A stretch of DNA of 64,000 nt from Hemiscyllium ocellatum (lineage: Eukaryota): assembly GCF_020745735.1 (NCBI RefSeq), contig NC_083435.1, positions 38,527,090 to 38,591,089 on the forward strand, written 5' to 3'. This document shows, piece after piece, positions 31,999 through 46,900 of the stretch. Every line of letters starts with the position of its first letter. Positions within the stretch are counted from its first letter, which is position 1. Under the pieces are notes generated by a model, which saw only the letters and a list, made by a program, of their open reading frames with translations, searched no databases and was not told where the DNA came from. The position numbers were made by a program, and so were the translations under genes.

Positions 31999-34900
31999 GT
32001 AAGTTATATACGTGATCGTTTATAAATATTAATATCTAATCTAAGTGAGCTCAGTGTGGTATTATTACAGGGAGTATAAATATTAATTAACTGAACTGAA
32101 TCATGTGTATTAACTGGAGATTTAACTGTGCTTGTATATTTCTGAAGAGTTAGACTTTGCAATCCGTAGATCTGTAAATTAATTGTATTATTTCTGACCA
32201 ACCGAAAATGTGCTAATGAAGTCGTAGGTGAATGAAACGTAACAGTGTTTCTAAAATAAAGCCTTTACATTTATAACGATTTGGTTCCATTTCTATTCTT
32301 CGCCACCTGGCTATGAATTATAACAAATAATAATTCTACATATTTTTTATATTGTAATACAACAAGTATAACTTCCATTTATATAGCACTTTTTAAATCA
32401 GAGAATTACTCAAAAATCTTTACTGGAGTTTAATCAGACAAAACTTGAAAAGAGTCCGAGAAGGAATTGCTCAGAGGGGGTAACTTGCTTACTGAAATTT
32501 AACTTTAAAGGAGCTGCCAAAAGTAGGAGAGCGAGCTGGAGACTCAGGGAGGGAATTCCAGAATTTACAATCTGGGCTTCGGGAGCCATTTCCACCAGTG
32601 GTGTCGTGTCAGAAGCCAGAGTTGACAGAATGCAAGGTTGTTAGGCTGCAGGAAGTTACAAAAATAGGGAAAGATGAAGCCATGAACTAGTTTAAACACA
32701 AGGATGAGAGTTTTACATTTGAAGCATTGCCAGGTGAAGAGTTGACGCAGATCAACAAGCTCAGGTGAACCCGACTTCATGTGAGTTTGGATCCAGGCGG
32801 TAGAGTTATGGTGAGGTTCAGACTTATGTAGGCTGGAAGAGGGGAAGCCAGTTTAAGAAAGCTATGGAACAAATGTTTCAAAGGGTAAATGATTAGATAG
32901 AGTGGGCTTGTGTTCACTGGAGTTGGGAAGAGAAAGAAGTGGTTTGGTTGGTCTTGACCAGATGATTGTGGAAAGGATGTTTAATCTGCTGGGTGTGTTC
33001 AGAATTTGGGGAAATTGTTTTAAAATTAGGAATCGCCCTTTTAGGAAAGAGATGAGGGGACTTTTTTTCTCACAGGGTTGTGCAACTTTGACACTCTGCC
33101 TCAGAAAGTGGCGGAGGTGGGGTTAATGAATATTTTTAAGGCATTGACAGATTGTCACTTGCCTAACATGAATCTAAATTTACCAAGGATGGAAGGAATT
33201 TTGAACATAAACAGATCAGCCTTGATCTTAATGAATCACAGAGCATGCTTGAAGGATTGAACGGTGTACTTCTACTGAAAAACGTGTTGCTGGAAAAGCG
33301 CAGCAGGTCAGGCAGCATCCAAGGAGCAGGAGAATCAACATTTCAGGCATGAGCCCTTCTTCAGGAATGAGGAAAGTGTGTCCAGCAGGCTAAGATAAAA
33401 GGTAGGGAGGAGGGACTTGGGGGAGGGGCGTTGGGAATGCGATAGGTGGAAGGAGGTTAAGGTGAGGGTGATAGGTCGGAGTTATCTGTTCATAAGTTTG
33501 AGCCAAGAGAGATGACAGAGATGGAAGTGGTTGGACTCAGTGATGAAGACAGTGTAGGGTCAGAGGCTCAGATTTGGGTCATATAGGACACAGAGTGTGT
33601 GAATGGTCTGGTTCAGCTTCAGTGAATGAAGGGGGTGGGGGGGGGGTGGTGGAGAGTGGAAAGACTGGCTAAGTTTAAGTTTATAGTGGAGTACAAATTG
33701 AATGACTTTGATCCTTGGAATAGTTAGCCAGAGGAACTTTTTGATCATCCATTGCTGGATATCAGAAAGCAGTATGACAAAGTCAAATCAGCGACGATGT
33801 CAGGAGATGAGATGGTGAGGTTGGGCTGGTGTGTTATTGGTGTCCACATGAAAATTGTGCTGTGGATGAGAAATAGCAAGGAGCAAGAATAAACCACAAG
33901 GATTCCATCACATACAGCACAGAATCCAGTCATTGAGACACACCACTCCATGCCTTTGTTTATGCTCCATTTCAGCTTGACCATTCATCCTTGTCTACCT
34001 CAATCACCTCTATTCCCTTCTCCCTCATCTGTCTATCCAACTTCCCTGGAAATGCACATATACCACACACCTCCGTGCTGTCAGTGGGGGAGCAGAGAGA
34101 GAAGTCAATGAAGAATTTCTCTCACCCTGGTTAGATAATACCAGAACCAAGTGAGAGCAGATCTACAGCAGAACAACAGTGAAGGGAAATGGTGTAGTTA
34201 ACCATGTCAAAGGTCACAGACAGGGCGAGGAGGTGAATTCAGAACAGAAACCTGCTGTGGAGTGGGGGGGAGGCAAGAAGGACAAAGAAGGAAAGTTAAA
34301 CTTCACCAGTTATTTAGTTAAAAATCACACAACCGGTTTATTTGGAAGTCCTAGCTTTCGAAGTGCTGCTCCTTCATCATATAGCAGGATCAAAATCATC
34401 AGAATTTATAGTAAAAGATTAGTGTCACGCAACTGATACAATCTATTAACAAGCCTAGATTGCTGTTAAGTCTTTTATCTTTTAGAATGGGTTGCAGGTT
34501 TCCTGTTCATTAATATGGGATTAATCCTAGTCTTTTTCCCTGGGGAGGGGATTCCAAAACTAGAGGGCGTAGGTTTAAGGTGAAAAGGGAAAAGTTTAAA
34601 GGGACATGAGGGGCAACTTTTTCACACAGAGGGTGGTACATGTATGGAATGAGCTGCCAGAGGATGTGGTACAATTACAATATCTGGATGGATAAATGAC
34701 TGATTGGAGTGTCTCTCAGCACGCATGAGTTGGACCTAAGAATCTGTTTCCATGCTGTTTAACTCTGACTCTATTTCGTGGCTAGATTCTACCCCTGTGA
34801 AATGTGTTTGTACACAATGTATGTGATTCCTATGCAGGTGTTTGAATATTGTGTTCTTTGCATTAGCATTTCATTTTGATACAAATATGCTGTTTTGCAC

Positions 34901-37900
34901 ATATTTAACTTAGTAACTTTTTTTTAGCTTTTTTAAAAGTTAATACGAGAAAATTTGATGTACATTGAAGAATTAAAGAGGATCCCCCAATATGTTATCG
35001 CCCTCTGGTGGCTGGGAGTCCATTCCCATGACTACACCACTATTTTGTAATGCACATTGTACTGCTGAGCACGGTGGTTATATCGAAGCTCACTGTTTTC
35101 ACCTGAATGATACTGAGATTTCAATTTGTCTGCTAACCTGAAGGTAAACATAACCCACTGGCGGATTCACAACACCCTCTCATTTCTTCAAGTTATTAGT
35201 GTGAAAAGCTTACCTCGTTCTCTATAGTTTGAGAAATATTTTGATTCTCACCGAGATGTGTATTCTATTCAGTCTAACATTACCTGTAAAATGAACCAGC
35301 TTGATGGTGTATAATTGGGGCATTGACTCAACAATGATCATCAGCCTACTTCCATATAGTAGTCCAGATGTCCATTAACATGAATGGTCAAGGTCACCAT
35401 GCCCAGTACAGATAACGAGTGTTTTATTAGTTGGTTTTGGAAAAGCTTCCTCACTCTGGTGTTGTGGGTTCTGAGCTGGGTAAATAATCCAACACTATAT
35501 CCTCACACCCTGTTTCAGATACTAGTGAAGGCATTTGCTTAAAGGTGGGTGGATGATTGGATTTTCACCTAATCCTTCCAATGTTCACACTTGGCCTCTT
35601 GGCCTGTTGGACAAGCTCAAAAAGGTTAGCACCTTCACAGATGCTGCTTTTTTAGTTTGAACAATTTTAGAGGTTCCCACAATTTGGTGGAGATGTTGAA
35701 TTTTTTTTTAGGCTGACTATCTGGATGTCTTTGAAGCATTTCCTCTGCTCTCTGATAATTGGTTGTGGTGACAAAGCTTAGAGTAGAAAGCCTGTTTAGG
35801 GAGCGTTGTGTCTGGTAAACAGATGATTTGGCCCACCTAATGACGCTGATTGATTAGAGCACCTTTCCTTCCAGTGGATTTACAGGATTTTGCAAAGGCA
35901 TCACTGGTGCTATTTCCCAAGGGAAAGCTGCCCTGTAAACAATGAGCATGGTGTTGGATCAGTTATCTTTCTCAACAAATACTCTGTTCCTCAGCTGGCC
36001 AGGGGCTGTGCTGATGGACTGGAGGCAATGCTGAATTTTAGCAACATCTGCACTCACTGAAAGGAGGCTCCCCAAATTATAGGAATTATCCAGATTGTCC
36101 AATAGCTTGTTGTGGACTTTGACAGCTGGAAGGACAGTGCTGTGTGGTGGGAACACTCTGGTTAAATATTTCCCTTCTGGAGTTTTAGCCTGAGGTCCAT
36201 GTGAATGCACTGACAATAATTTATCTCAGTGTGCAGAGACATAGATACTGCAGCTTGATGGCAGAGGTCACCGTGGTCTTTACTCCATTCTGCAGGTAAC
36301 ACAGGTTAACAATTTCCCACCTGTCCTGTAGAGAAGCTCATTCAGCAAGGGACTTCTGGATTTGAGGTGGAGCACTGCAGGGAAGGTGGAAAAGAGGATT
36401 GGTGTGACAGCCCTGCTTCACTCCAGTTTGTACATGCACTGGGTGGATCCCTTCATGAGGATCATACAATACAGCATAGTGACAGACCCTTCAGTCCACC
36501 CAGCCTGCACCAATTCATATTTCTTGTTTAAACCCACTACATCTTGTCCAGATATGTTCGTCTCCCATTCAAGTGTCTATCAAGATACACCTTAAACACT
36601 GCCAATGTGCTAGATTCCACCACCTCAACTGGCGCTGCATTCCAGGCACCCACCACCCTCTGTGTGAAAAACTTCTCTCTGCATTACTCCCATAAACTTT
36701 CCAACCTCAGCTGAATCTGTGCCCTCTTGTCACTGATCTTTCCACTCTGGGGAAAAAGCCTCTGACTATCCACTCTATCAGTGCCTTTTATAATTTTGCA
36801 CAGCTCCATCTGGTCGTCTCTCAATGTCTGTCTATCCATGTAAATAATCCGAGTTTATCTAACCTCTTCTCATAATTAAAACCCTCCATACCAGGCAACA
36901 TCCTGGTAAATCTTCTCTGCATCACCTCAAAGCAGCCATGTCCTTCTGGTAATATGGTGACCAGAACTGCGCATGATATTCTAAATGTGGCCTAAATAAA
37001 GTTTTGTACAGCTGTAACATAACTTCCCAATTTTTATATCCAGTGCCCTGGCTAATGAAGGCAAGCATGCTGTCTGTCTTCTTGACCTCATTAGCCACCA
37101 GTGTTGTACCTTTCAGGGATCTGTGGACATGTACACACAGAATATAAAACTGTTGACTATATTGATGTCACCCACAATATTTCCAAATCAAATTGCATTT
37201 TAATTGATTCTCCTCAGAATATGTTAATATAGCACAGTGGCAGATAACTTATTAAGAGCTGAAAAATGTGTTGCTAGAAAAGCTCAGCAGGTCAGGCAGC
37301 ATCCAAGGAGCAGGATAATCAACGTTTCGGGCATGAGCCCTTCTTCAGGAATGAGGAGGATGTGCCAAGCAGGCTAAGATAAAAGGTTGGGAGCAGGAAC
37401 TTGGAGGAGGGGCATTGGAAATGCGATAGGTGGAAGGAGGTCAAGGTGAGGGTGATAGGCCAGAGTGGGGGTGGGGGCGGGGGCGGAGAGGTCAGGAAGA
37501 AGATTGCAGGTTAGGAAGGTGATGCTGAGTTCGAGGGTTGGGATTGAGACAAGGTGGGGGGAGGGGAAATGAGGAAGCTGGAGAAATCTGCATTCATCCC
37601 TTGTGGTTGGAGGGTTCCTAGATGGAAGATGAGCATCTGCAGTCCTCACTTTCTCCTAGATAACTTATTAAGCCAGTTAAAAGGCCTATGAGACCTCTGG
37701 AACATAACAATGAGATGTTTCTGCTAGGCAGGTGTCCATAATAGATGTCAGGTTGCTACCAGCACATGGGGCTCAGGATTGCAGCACTCTGGATGGGTTT
37801 TTATTGCGTTCAGTGATGAACAGGGTTCCCAGCTCCAGTCTGGGCTGTGGTGAGCTTTCTCCAGCACCAGGAGCCCCAGTTACCAGCCTCAATCAAGGAT

Positions 37901-40900
37901 CAAGGTCAGTGTACCCTCTGGCCATTCACTGACTGCCTTGTGTCAGGGGATAGGGGGCTTTTGCTGCAGCTCCAGGTTCAATCCCCTCACCCCCCACCCC
38001 CCTCCAGAGGCGTGTAACAACATCCCTAAACGGATTAGTTTGTCAGGAAACTATCCCGCTGCTTGTCCCGATTCTGAGGCATACATCACATCCTCATAGC
38101 TGAGATTCCAGTAGCACATCCAACCCTCGGATTTTTTTGTAAAGAGCCTCTTACCGCCAGAGGCCTCACTGTCATCTGGCAAAGGGTTTATTTATAAACT
38201 CCTCAAAATAAAAGCTCAGGAGGTGGGTTTTTGTACAATATTTCAGTTTGTTCAGCTGGTGTTCTTGTTGGCTGATGTTTTCTGTCTGATCCTCTCTCTC
38301 AGTGTGGGTGCTGTCTGATCCTCTCTCTCTCACACACACACACACAGATCGACACCGACATGCCATGAACTACTTGGTTCAGGAACGCAGCCCTGATAAA
38401 CAGTTCGATGTGGAGGAGGACGGAGATGAGGTTTTATACATGGATTTCAACCTGAAGAAGGAGATCGGGCGGATCCCGGAGTTCCAGCACCTCACAATGC
38501 AGGGAGGAGAGGCGGGGGTCTCAGCCAATATCGCCATCCTGAAACAGAATTTGAATGTTTGGAAGAACCTGTCCCGCGGCTCCCCGGAACCGAAATGTAA
38601 GTAACTGGCTCAGTATCACCCTCATAAATAAACCCTGGAGCTGGGGGACGGGAGAGTTCGGGGTCAGGTCAGAGTAAAACACGGAGCTGGAGTACAGTCT
38701 GCTCGGAGTAAACTGTGGAGTTGGTTTTGTTCTGGGACACCATGACTCCCTGACATGAGGAACCTGCTCTCTGCTCTTGCTCCCTGCTCTGTGGTTCCTT
38801 GTGCACTGCCCCTCTTGCTGAATACATATTCTTTCTTCCCAATATCTGATCTTGTCTATTAAATCACAGATTATTTAGAAGAAGGTGGTTTTGAATTCTA
38901 ATTCCATGGAAAATTTTAGCTGGAGACAGGTAGCTTCGAGAAACAGAGCGCACAGACCTCGCAAAGTGTTTGCAAAAAAGTAAATGTAATGGAAGAGAAT
39001 TTTTCATGGAATGAGTTGGTGTCCAGAGTACACTGCCTGGGAAAGTGATGGAGTCAGGTTTAATAAGACATTTAAGAATGTGTTTTAAAATAAAATTTCT
39101 ATCAGATTAGACAGCCCCAGTTCGATCCCCTGTGGAGGATCCTTTACAGCGGGATTATTCCTTTCTCTTTCAGTTATCTGTGCTGCACACAGTCCCATTC
39201 AATAGTACACTGAATAAGTTTGCAGAGTGCTAGGCCATTTACAGATTATGTACCTACAGGGAAATGATTTTTCATAGTTATGTTGAATATTTCATTTGCA
39301 GCTTGTTTTCAGTTTTTTTAAAGCAACTGCTTTTAAATGTTTTGGTGTATTTCAGCCCCATGCTGCTTTTCTACAGACATCTTGTGCAGGGAGGAGGGAG
39401 GGAGATAGGTAGGCAACTCGAAGGCCCGCCTAATAAACATGCTTCTGGACCTGGCCACTGTGACCATCCCAGGTTCAGGCAGTGGGCCATGGAGTAGGTT
39501 ATAGAAACCAAGTACCTGCTCTCTCTTTCATGGTTATGGTCACACTCAGGTGTTGGTTGAGAAGGACCTCACAGTGTCCACCATCACCATAGAGGCCTTT
39601 ACTGACTTGTGGGCAGTACAGGGGCTGGGATGCATTATCACACTAGAATGTTATTTTGATTTGAGTTGAATAAATGTCCTTGCCCATTCTGTAAGTCTCC
39701 ATTAAGCATTTGATTTACTTTTATATTAATGCTTCATCACAGGCTGCTAACATGATTAATATTTTCTTTAAAAAGCATCAACAGCTGTGTACTGTGATCC
39801 CCTCAGTTGCCTGCTGCCTCCCTATTGATGGCCACCTTGGCCAGGCCCAGGAGCAGACCCACGAGGTGACCCTCTGATGTGTTACCAACAGACTCCTGTA
39901 TGTTTATTTAAATGTGAACAAAATGCAGGGTTACATCAACAATGGTAATATGTTAAAGTGTTCAGAGAGCCGATGATGATATGATGGGCTGAATGGCCTC
40001 CTTCTGCACTGTAACAATTCAGTGATTCTGTGCGGCCAATGAGAAGGCTAAGAATTCTTCTCATGTGGATGTAAAATGGGAGAAACATTCATACCATCTA
40101 GTGGTCACAGAGGTCAAACCCTATCATCACTTGTTTCTTAGGCACAGTATTTATTCAAGCATTCCCTCTTTCATAGTAAATAATTGTATATAAAATTACA
40201 GGACATTCAAACAGTTCTGAAAGCATTCTGGTGGGTCTACAATATGTTGAGACCATCATTATTTTTTCTTTTATTTTCTCATATTTGATTTGGAACTATG
40301 AGTTGCAGTTGAGAGTTCAATTTTAAGTTTGAATAACTTTATAAAGAGAAAACAAAAGACTGATGTTTTCTATTGAGAATTGAACTGGAAAAATGATGTA
40401 GGTTAATGACTGCTGTTATGACATGGGGTAAACTCTCCAGCTTAATTTAATCATAAAGGTACTTTTAAGAGATTTTTTTCAAGCAGGCTGTTACATGCTA
40501 CTGATGCTCTGAGATAATTTCTTTGGGAAAGTAATTAAGAAGTGGAGATTATGATCCAGCTGGAAAACAGCATACAGACGCTGTTAGTTGATCTTCACTT
40601 TGATGGAATTTCTGTTTCTTCCTTCATGATACTTCATAACTATGCTGTTAAAAATGAAAAGGCTTCAGTAATGTTCAAGAAATTTTGTCCAGATTTAAAT
40701 GACGGCGATGAAGCTGAAGAAAGTTGGAATATCTTGCATGAGGATTTGCTATCCTCATGCTTTGAAACCTTCATGCCATTATTGCCTTTACCTGGAAAGG
40801 TTTTCCCTGTAATAGCAAAGCACCTAGAAACTCAATGTACATTTCCATTTGTTCAAGGAAACCTTCCAAGTCCTAGCATGTAACAGACTGCTTGAAAAGA

Positions 40901-43900
40901 TATCTCTCTTAAAAGTACCTTTTCGATCAGTAACCTGTGACGCAGAAATTCCTAACAACGAGCAAAGAGGACACAGGAAGATCCAAAGACAAGAACGTAC
41001 AGCTGCCTGGTTTTGAGATAAGAAGTATTGTTTTGTAAATCTTATTTGGGGGTTTTATCGAACTAGTAATATAGAGGGCAAGGTAAAAGATAGGTTAGAG
41101 AAAGAAATTGTAAATTGTGGTTAGTTAATTATTCTCTGTTATACTTTAAGAAATAAAGTTGGTAATTTTTACTTTACATAGTTCTTTGCCATTCAAATTT
41201 TTACAGATTACTGCATGGGATAAATCTTTTCCGCGCTGCTGGTTTTAAATTAAGCAGAGGATTTACCCTGTGTTGTAACACTGTTCAAAGAACACTGTAG
41301 ACAATCTAGCACCCAGATGTTTTATGCTCAGAGACTGGCAGTTGGTTGGATGATGAATTGGTCAATCAAGAGAGGACGTGTGCTAGTCAGCCAATCACAA
41401 CAAAAGTTGGTAAACAAGAAAAATCTGTTAATGAGATGTGCCTTTAAGAAGAATTTGGTATGTTCTGTTTGTTTTGAAAGCAAGTGTTGTAAACTTGGAG
41501 CTAAGCTGTTTGCTCTAGGCTCAACAATTTAGGTCGCTTTTTTTTAAACCAGAGTCAAGAATACACAGACACAAGGATTGCAGGTTTTCCTTTTCATTTG
41601 GTGAACTGATTTTCGGCAGAAGATCCAGCTGCAAAAGCTTGAGTTCTGTCTTTCCTTTTTTGAAATTTTATTTTCTCCTGGTGGTTTTTATGAATTTACC
41701 TTTGCCAAGTCTATTTATAGGATGCTGCTATTTATCGAATATCAGAACAGTAGTAGTTTATGTGTAAAAAAACATGACTTTGTTAAGCAATTTGATAGAG
41801 TTCTTTTATTTTTATTTTAACTGTAGTGTAAGAATAAAGTGTGCTTTGCTTGAAGTAAAGTTTGACTAATTGTGTCCATAATATAATGTCTTACACTTGT
41901 TTTAAAATAAGAAAGATTTTGAGTCAAGACTATCTTCTAGACATGATTTGAGGGGGATGGTTTGGTCCATGACAAATCAAAGGGTGAACTGGCTCTGAGT
42001 AGGGTTTTTGAGCAGGAGGCAATGTTACTTCAGAAGCTGCAGGACTGTTTTTGGTTTTGGTTATGCTCTCTCTAATTATTCTACAGTTATCCATTTGTTG
42101 GAAGGCCTCAGAAAAGAACCCCAGCCTGTAAGAAATAAGTAAAAGTCTCCATAAGTCTGTAGAAGTGACTTGCATTGACTGGTGAACTCGGAATTGAAGC
42201 AAGATACAGTCCTTTGCACCTGTAATACAAACCATTCCATTTCTTGAAGGCCTGGTGGTCATTGTTAAAATAGTTATCAAATTGGCAACTTACAATATTT
42301 TATTTTTAAAAATATGTATTCCTTAACTGTGTCTGCCAGTGTATGAGTCAGAGTTGGTGATCAAAGAAAATTGGGTTTAGGTGGTAGATATTCATTAGAT
42401 TGACTTGTAGTTCATCTGTGTTCTGCTAATGTTACATTATTAATAATAAATTGTTAATTTTTGTTTAAGTAATTAACTCGGTGTCCAAGATTGGTTATTT
42501 GTAAAGTCTGGTGAGGAACAACTGAACGATTATGAGGGTCATTGAATATTTAAATTTTGCTATGTTATGAATCCAGTGATAGTGAGGGTGTTATAACAGA
42601 TGTGTGTGCAGTGTGTTGATGCCAGTGCTGCAGCAGGGGTTGGTATTGATCTGTTATGTTTGCTGGAGTGTGGATGACCCATGTGACTGAAGCACATTCC
42701 ATTCCTAATTATTATTCTTGTATTCTAATCCTTAAAAGGACACTTAACAAAAGGAAAATGCGCTGGGTGCAACAGGAACAATGTTGCATTGGCAAGGAAC
42801 AGATTCAGACAGAAACATCTAGTCTCCAAGATTTTCAGCGTGAAGTTTCATGTTTGTGGTTAGAATAACGCTACAAAGCATCAAGAAAGAATCTGTGGTA
42901 ATTTGTCTCAAAAAGAAAAGCTCTTAGCTCACTTTTCCTTTCCTGGGAACTTCTGTCAGCAAAGTATGTGACCTGAAACATCCTTACCACTTGTCCAGTG
43001 TTCTGAATATGTATTTCAGAAGCTATCTCTGTCTCTGGTCCAAATAAAATCAGCTGGTGACTGCCATTCAAGAAACACATCACAGTACCAGCAGCTTGTG
43101 CTAAATGAGAAATAAAACCAAAAGAACTGTGGATGCCGTAAATCAGAGATAAAAACAGAAATTGCTGGAAAACCTCAGCAGGTCTGGCAGCATCTGTGAA
43201 GAGAAATCAGAGTTAATGTTTCACTTCCAGTGACTCTTCCTCAAAACTGAGCAAATTGTGCAGGAAGGGTCACTGGACCTGAAACATTAACTCTGATTTC
43301 TCTGCACCGATGCTGCCAGTACTCGCTGAGCTTTTCCAGCAATTTCTGTTTTTATTTGTGCTAAATGAGAGTTCAGCCATAGAAAACCATTTTGGGACAT
43401 TCAGTGAATAATCATTTTCTCTTGAATTTAACTGTCATCTAGCCAAAGTACTTAACAGTTAACAATCCAGAGAGATCTTCTATTTTTTGTTTTTCCTAGA
43501 CTGTGCGTGTTAATTTTCTGGAAGGTTAGTTATATATATTTACATCGTATATGAAATAACTCCAAGTAGGGTGGTATCATGTCACCAAGTCACCTTTTAT
43601 TTAAATGTGCACAGTACATAACACTGACGCAACAAGCACAGAGCCAAATCCATGAGACAGCAGAACCTTGACACTCCTGTTTCTATCTGTCAGCCAGGGC
43701 TCTCTGAAGCAGGTAACAGGATCAGGATGAGTTCCTCGATCAGGAACTCATTGAACTCAATGAAGTCAGTGAAGTCCACCTGGCTGACCTAGTTCCAGTC
43801 ACTACAGTTCACACCTTTGTTACAAATCTAAACACCAGTGTTTAAGCTTATTGCATACAAAACTAACTATTATTTGTTAACTAAGACATGTGACCTACAT

Positions 43901-46900
43901 ATTACTAATACTAACCCAGGTACAGTCTGAGACCTATGTAAATGAATGTATCACTGATAAATCTGTTGTGAGTGATAGAGCAGGACAAACACAGTATGGG
44001 AACAGATTTGAAACGATTGCAAATTTAACAGGTTGAGGAAGGAACATAATAATGAAAAAAGCTGCTTATATTACTCCCAGAAAATCACTGATGTAGCACC
44101 AAAATATTCAGAATGTAACTTTATTTCCAAGTTAATATTTCAACTCAATCAAACTCAGATTCTGTTCCCCAACTCCTTTTCCCTCATTATTACCATGCCA
44201 CATCTTTCCCCACCACTCCTTTCTCCACTATTTATTTCCCCCACTATTGCTCTTATCCACCCATCATTTTTCCCTAATCCTTCTCCCCCACTCATTTTCC
44301 TCCAGACCTTTACCGCCACCTCTTTTTCTCCAGTATTTCTTTGCCAATATTTCTCTCCTCCCTATTCTGTTTCTCTCCTCAATACCCCTTCTTTGCCACC
44401 GTCCCACCCCTTTCACTTGTAATTCAGGTTTTTGATGTTTAAATTTCCTATTTTAGGGATGGAATTAATTTATTTTATATTCAAGTCATATTTTTCAAAA
44501 GGCATTAGCCAATTATATTGTGCAATCATTGTATAAAATATGATTTGACCCATCCAGAAAATAATCCATTGTCTTTTGTCTTCCCCAGCAATTTTCCAAT
44601 TTATAAAGTCCCTTGCAGTCAGTTTTCCAATAAAACATACTTACATTTTGATAGGACATGTGCTTTATCACAATTCAAGGCTTAATCTTCATAAATACAC
44701 TGCTGTTTCTGTCTGGTTTGCAATCTGTTTTTATGTCTTGGCTTGATTAAGATGCATTTTAGAAACTACCTGTGCAAATGTTGCTTCCTTGGTCAGAAAG
44801 TGTGATAGCCAACCTTGTCAATCATTGCCCCAAATTCATTTGAAATAATTTTTATGTATGTCTCAAAGATTCTGGTGTAATGGACACTCTGACACTTCTA
44901 GCAGGGTTTTCATTTTGCCCTTTTCTATGATGTCTGTTCCAGGTAGGAACAAACTCACCAACCCCATTTGAGTGAGTTAAATCTAAGCACCTTATTTCAA
45001 ATGTTGGGCAGCAAAATATTTTAACAATATTCTGATCACCTGGAGTCAGGACTGGGGGGTTAGTGTGACCTGTGGCAAGTGTTTACTTGAGAATTGATTC
45101 CTGTTCAACTCCTTTTAAGTTGATTTTTTTTTGTTTTCTGACTTATTTGCACCAAATAAATTAGTAGGAATATTACAATAATTAAATAGACAATTATTTG
45201 AATATATGAAGCAATTCTTATCCATAGGTAGATTTCAGTAGTCATCATAATATCTCAACATAAAGAATTGTCCCGTTTCAGGGACTTTATCAGAATTTTA
45301 GGATTTATTCGGTGTCAAAGTGAAACAATTTCTTGAATAATTAATATATTTCATTAATCTTGGTAATCGGACAGACAAAATATGTATATCTAAATTTAGT
45401 GACATATTGTTTGCTGCTTGAGCACATGCTCCATATTAATCCAGGCTGATCATATGAAAACATATTGAACAGAACCCATACATTCTAAACCTGCTCAGAA
45501 TAAAATAGTTATCATGATACATGGATGGTGTGCAACTTGAAAGGGTTCAGAAAAGATTTACAAGGATGTTGCCAGGGTTGGAGAATTTGAGCTACAGGGA
45601 GAGGTTGAATAGGCTGGGGCTGTTTTCCCTGGAGCATCAGAGGCTGAGGGGTGGCCTTATAGAGGTTTATAAAATCATGATGGACATGGATAGGATAAAT
45701 AGATGAACTCTTTTCCCTGGGGTGGGGGAGTCCAGAACTAGAGGGCATAGGTTTTCCCCATGGTGAGAGGGGAACGATATAAAAGAGACCTAAGGGGCAA
45801 CTTTTTCATGCAGAGGGTGGTGTGTGTATGGAATGAGCTGCCAGAGAAAGTGGTGGAGGCTGGTACAATTGCAACATTTAAAAGGCATCTGGATGGGTAT
45901 ATGAATAGGAAGGGTTTAGAGGGATATGGGCCAAGTGCTGGTAAATGGGACTAGATTAATTTAGGATATCTGGTCGGCATGGACAAGTTGGACTGAAGGG
46001 TCTGTTTCCATGCTGTACATTTCTATGTCCCGATGAGATTACCGTACTGCTACTCTTTGTATATTCCATATCATTTGACCCCATTTAAGTTCACAGGCTT
46101 AAGCAGTATGTTCTGGTGTCACAGGATAAACAATGAATCCGAGTGTACACAGAGGTCTAGGACCACATCCCGCGATGCCATTTACTGAGGCTACATAATC
46201 TGGTTTATGGCATTGAATTATACAGCTTATTCTGTGTAACGCAATGGTTTCTATAAATGGAAAACTATTTCTTAACATCCTGCCATTGCCTATGGTATGG
46301 ATTTATAATTTTCCTTCTTCGCCATCCAATATCCATGGCATACTCCCCATTGTGTGCATAATGGTTCTTGTTCTTCTAGGCTTCCTCACCTGTCTATGCT
46401 TGGATTCATTACTGTGAAAGCATTAAACCTCATGTTAGAAAATTTAGCAAGGGACTTATCTACTATCTGTATAGTCCTTCATACAAGTTTCAGACACTTT
46501 CACAATTTCTTACCATCACTTGGTATTCGATATTCGAAACCTTGGTTTAGCTGTGGCTGAAGCCAGCTGAAATGATATATCTTCCGAATTTTGGTGGCAG
46601 CAGCTGAGCGAAGCTTTGTCATGATTTCACATATATATTTGGGAACTTGGTCCTGTGACTTCAGTTAAGTTGATGATTAACAAATGGCTCTACCAGGAAA
46701 TTCTGCATTGTTTTTGAATGTGCACCCCATGCCCCTCCCACCCCTCCCAAAACAACAACTTGACCAGACCTTGCAGAACAATGGGCTGAGAAGTGGCAGA
46801 TGGAGTTTAATTTAGATAAATGTGAGGTGTTGTATTTTGGGAAGGCAAGTCAGGGCAGGACTTAACTAGGGATAGACAATAAATGTGAACTTTACAATGT

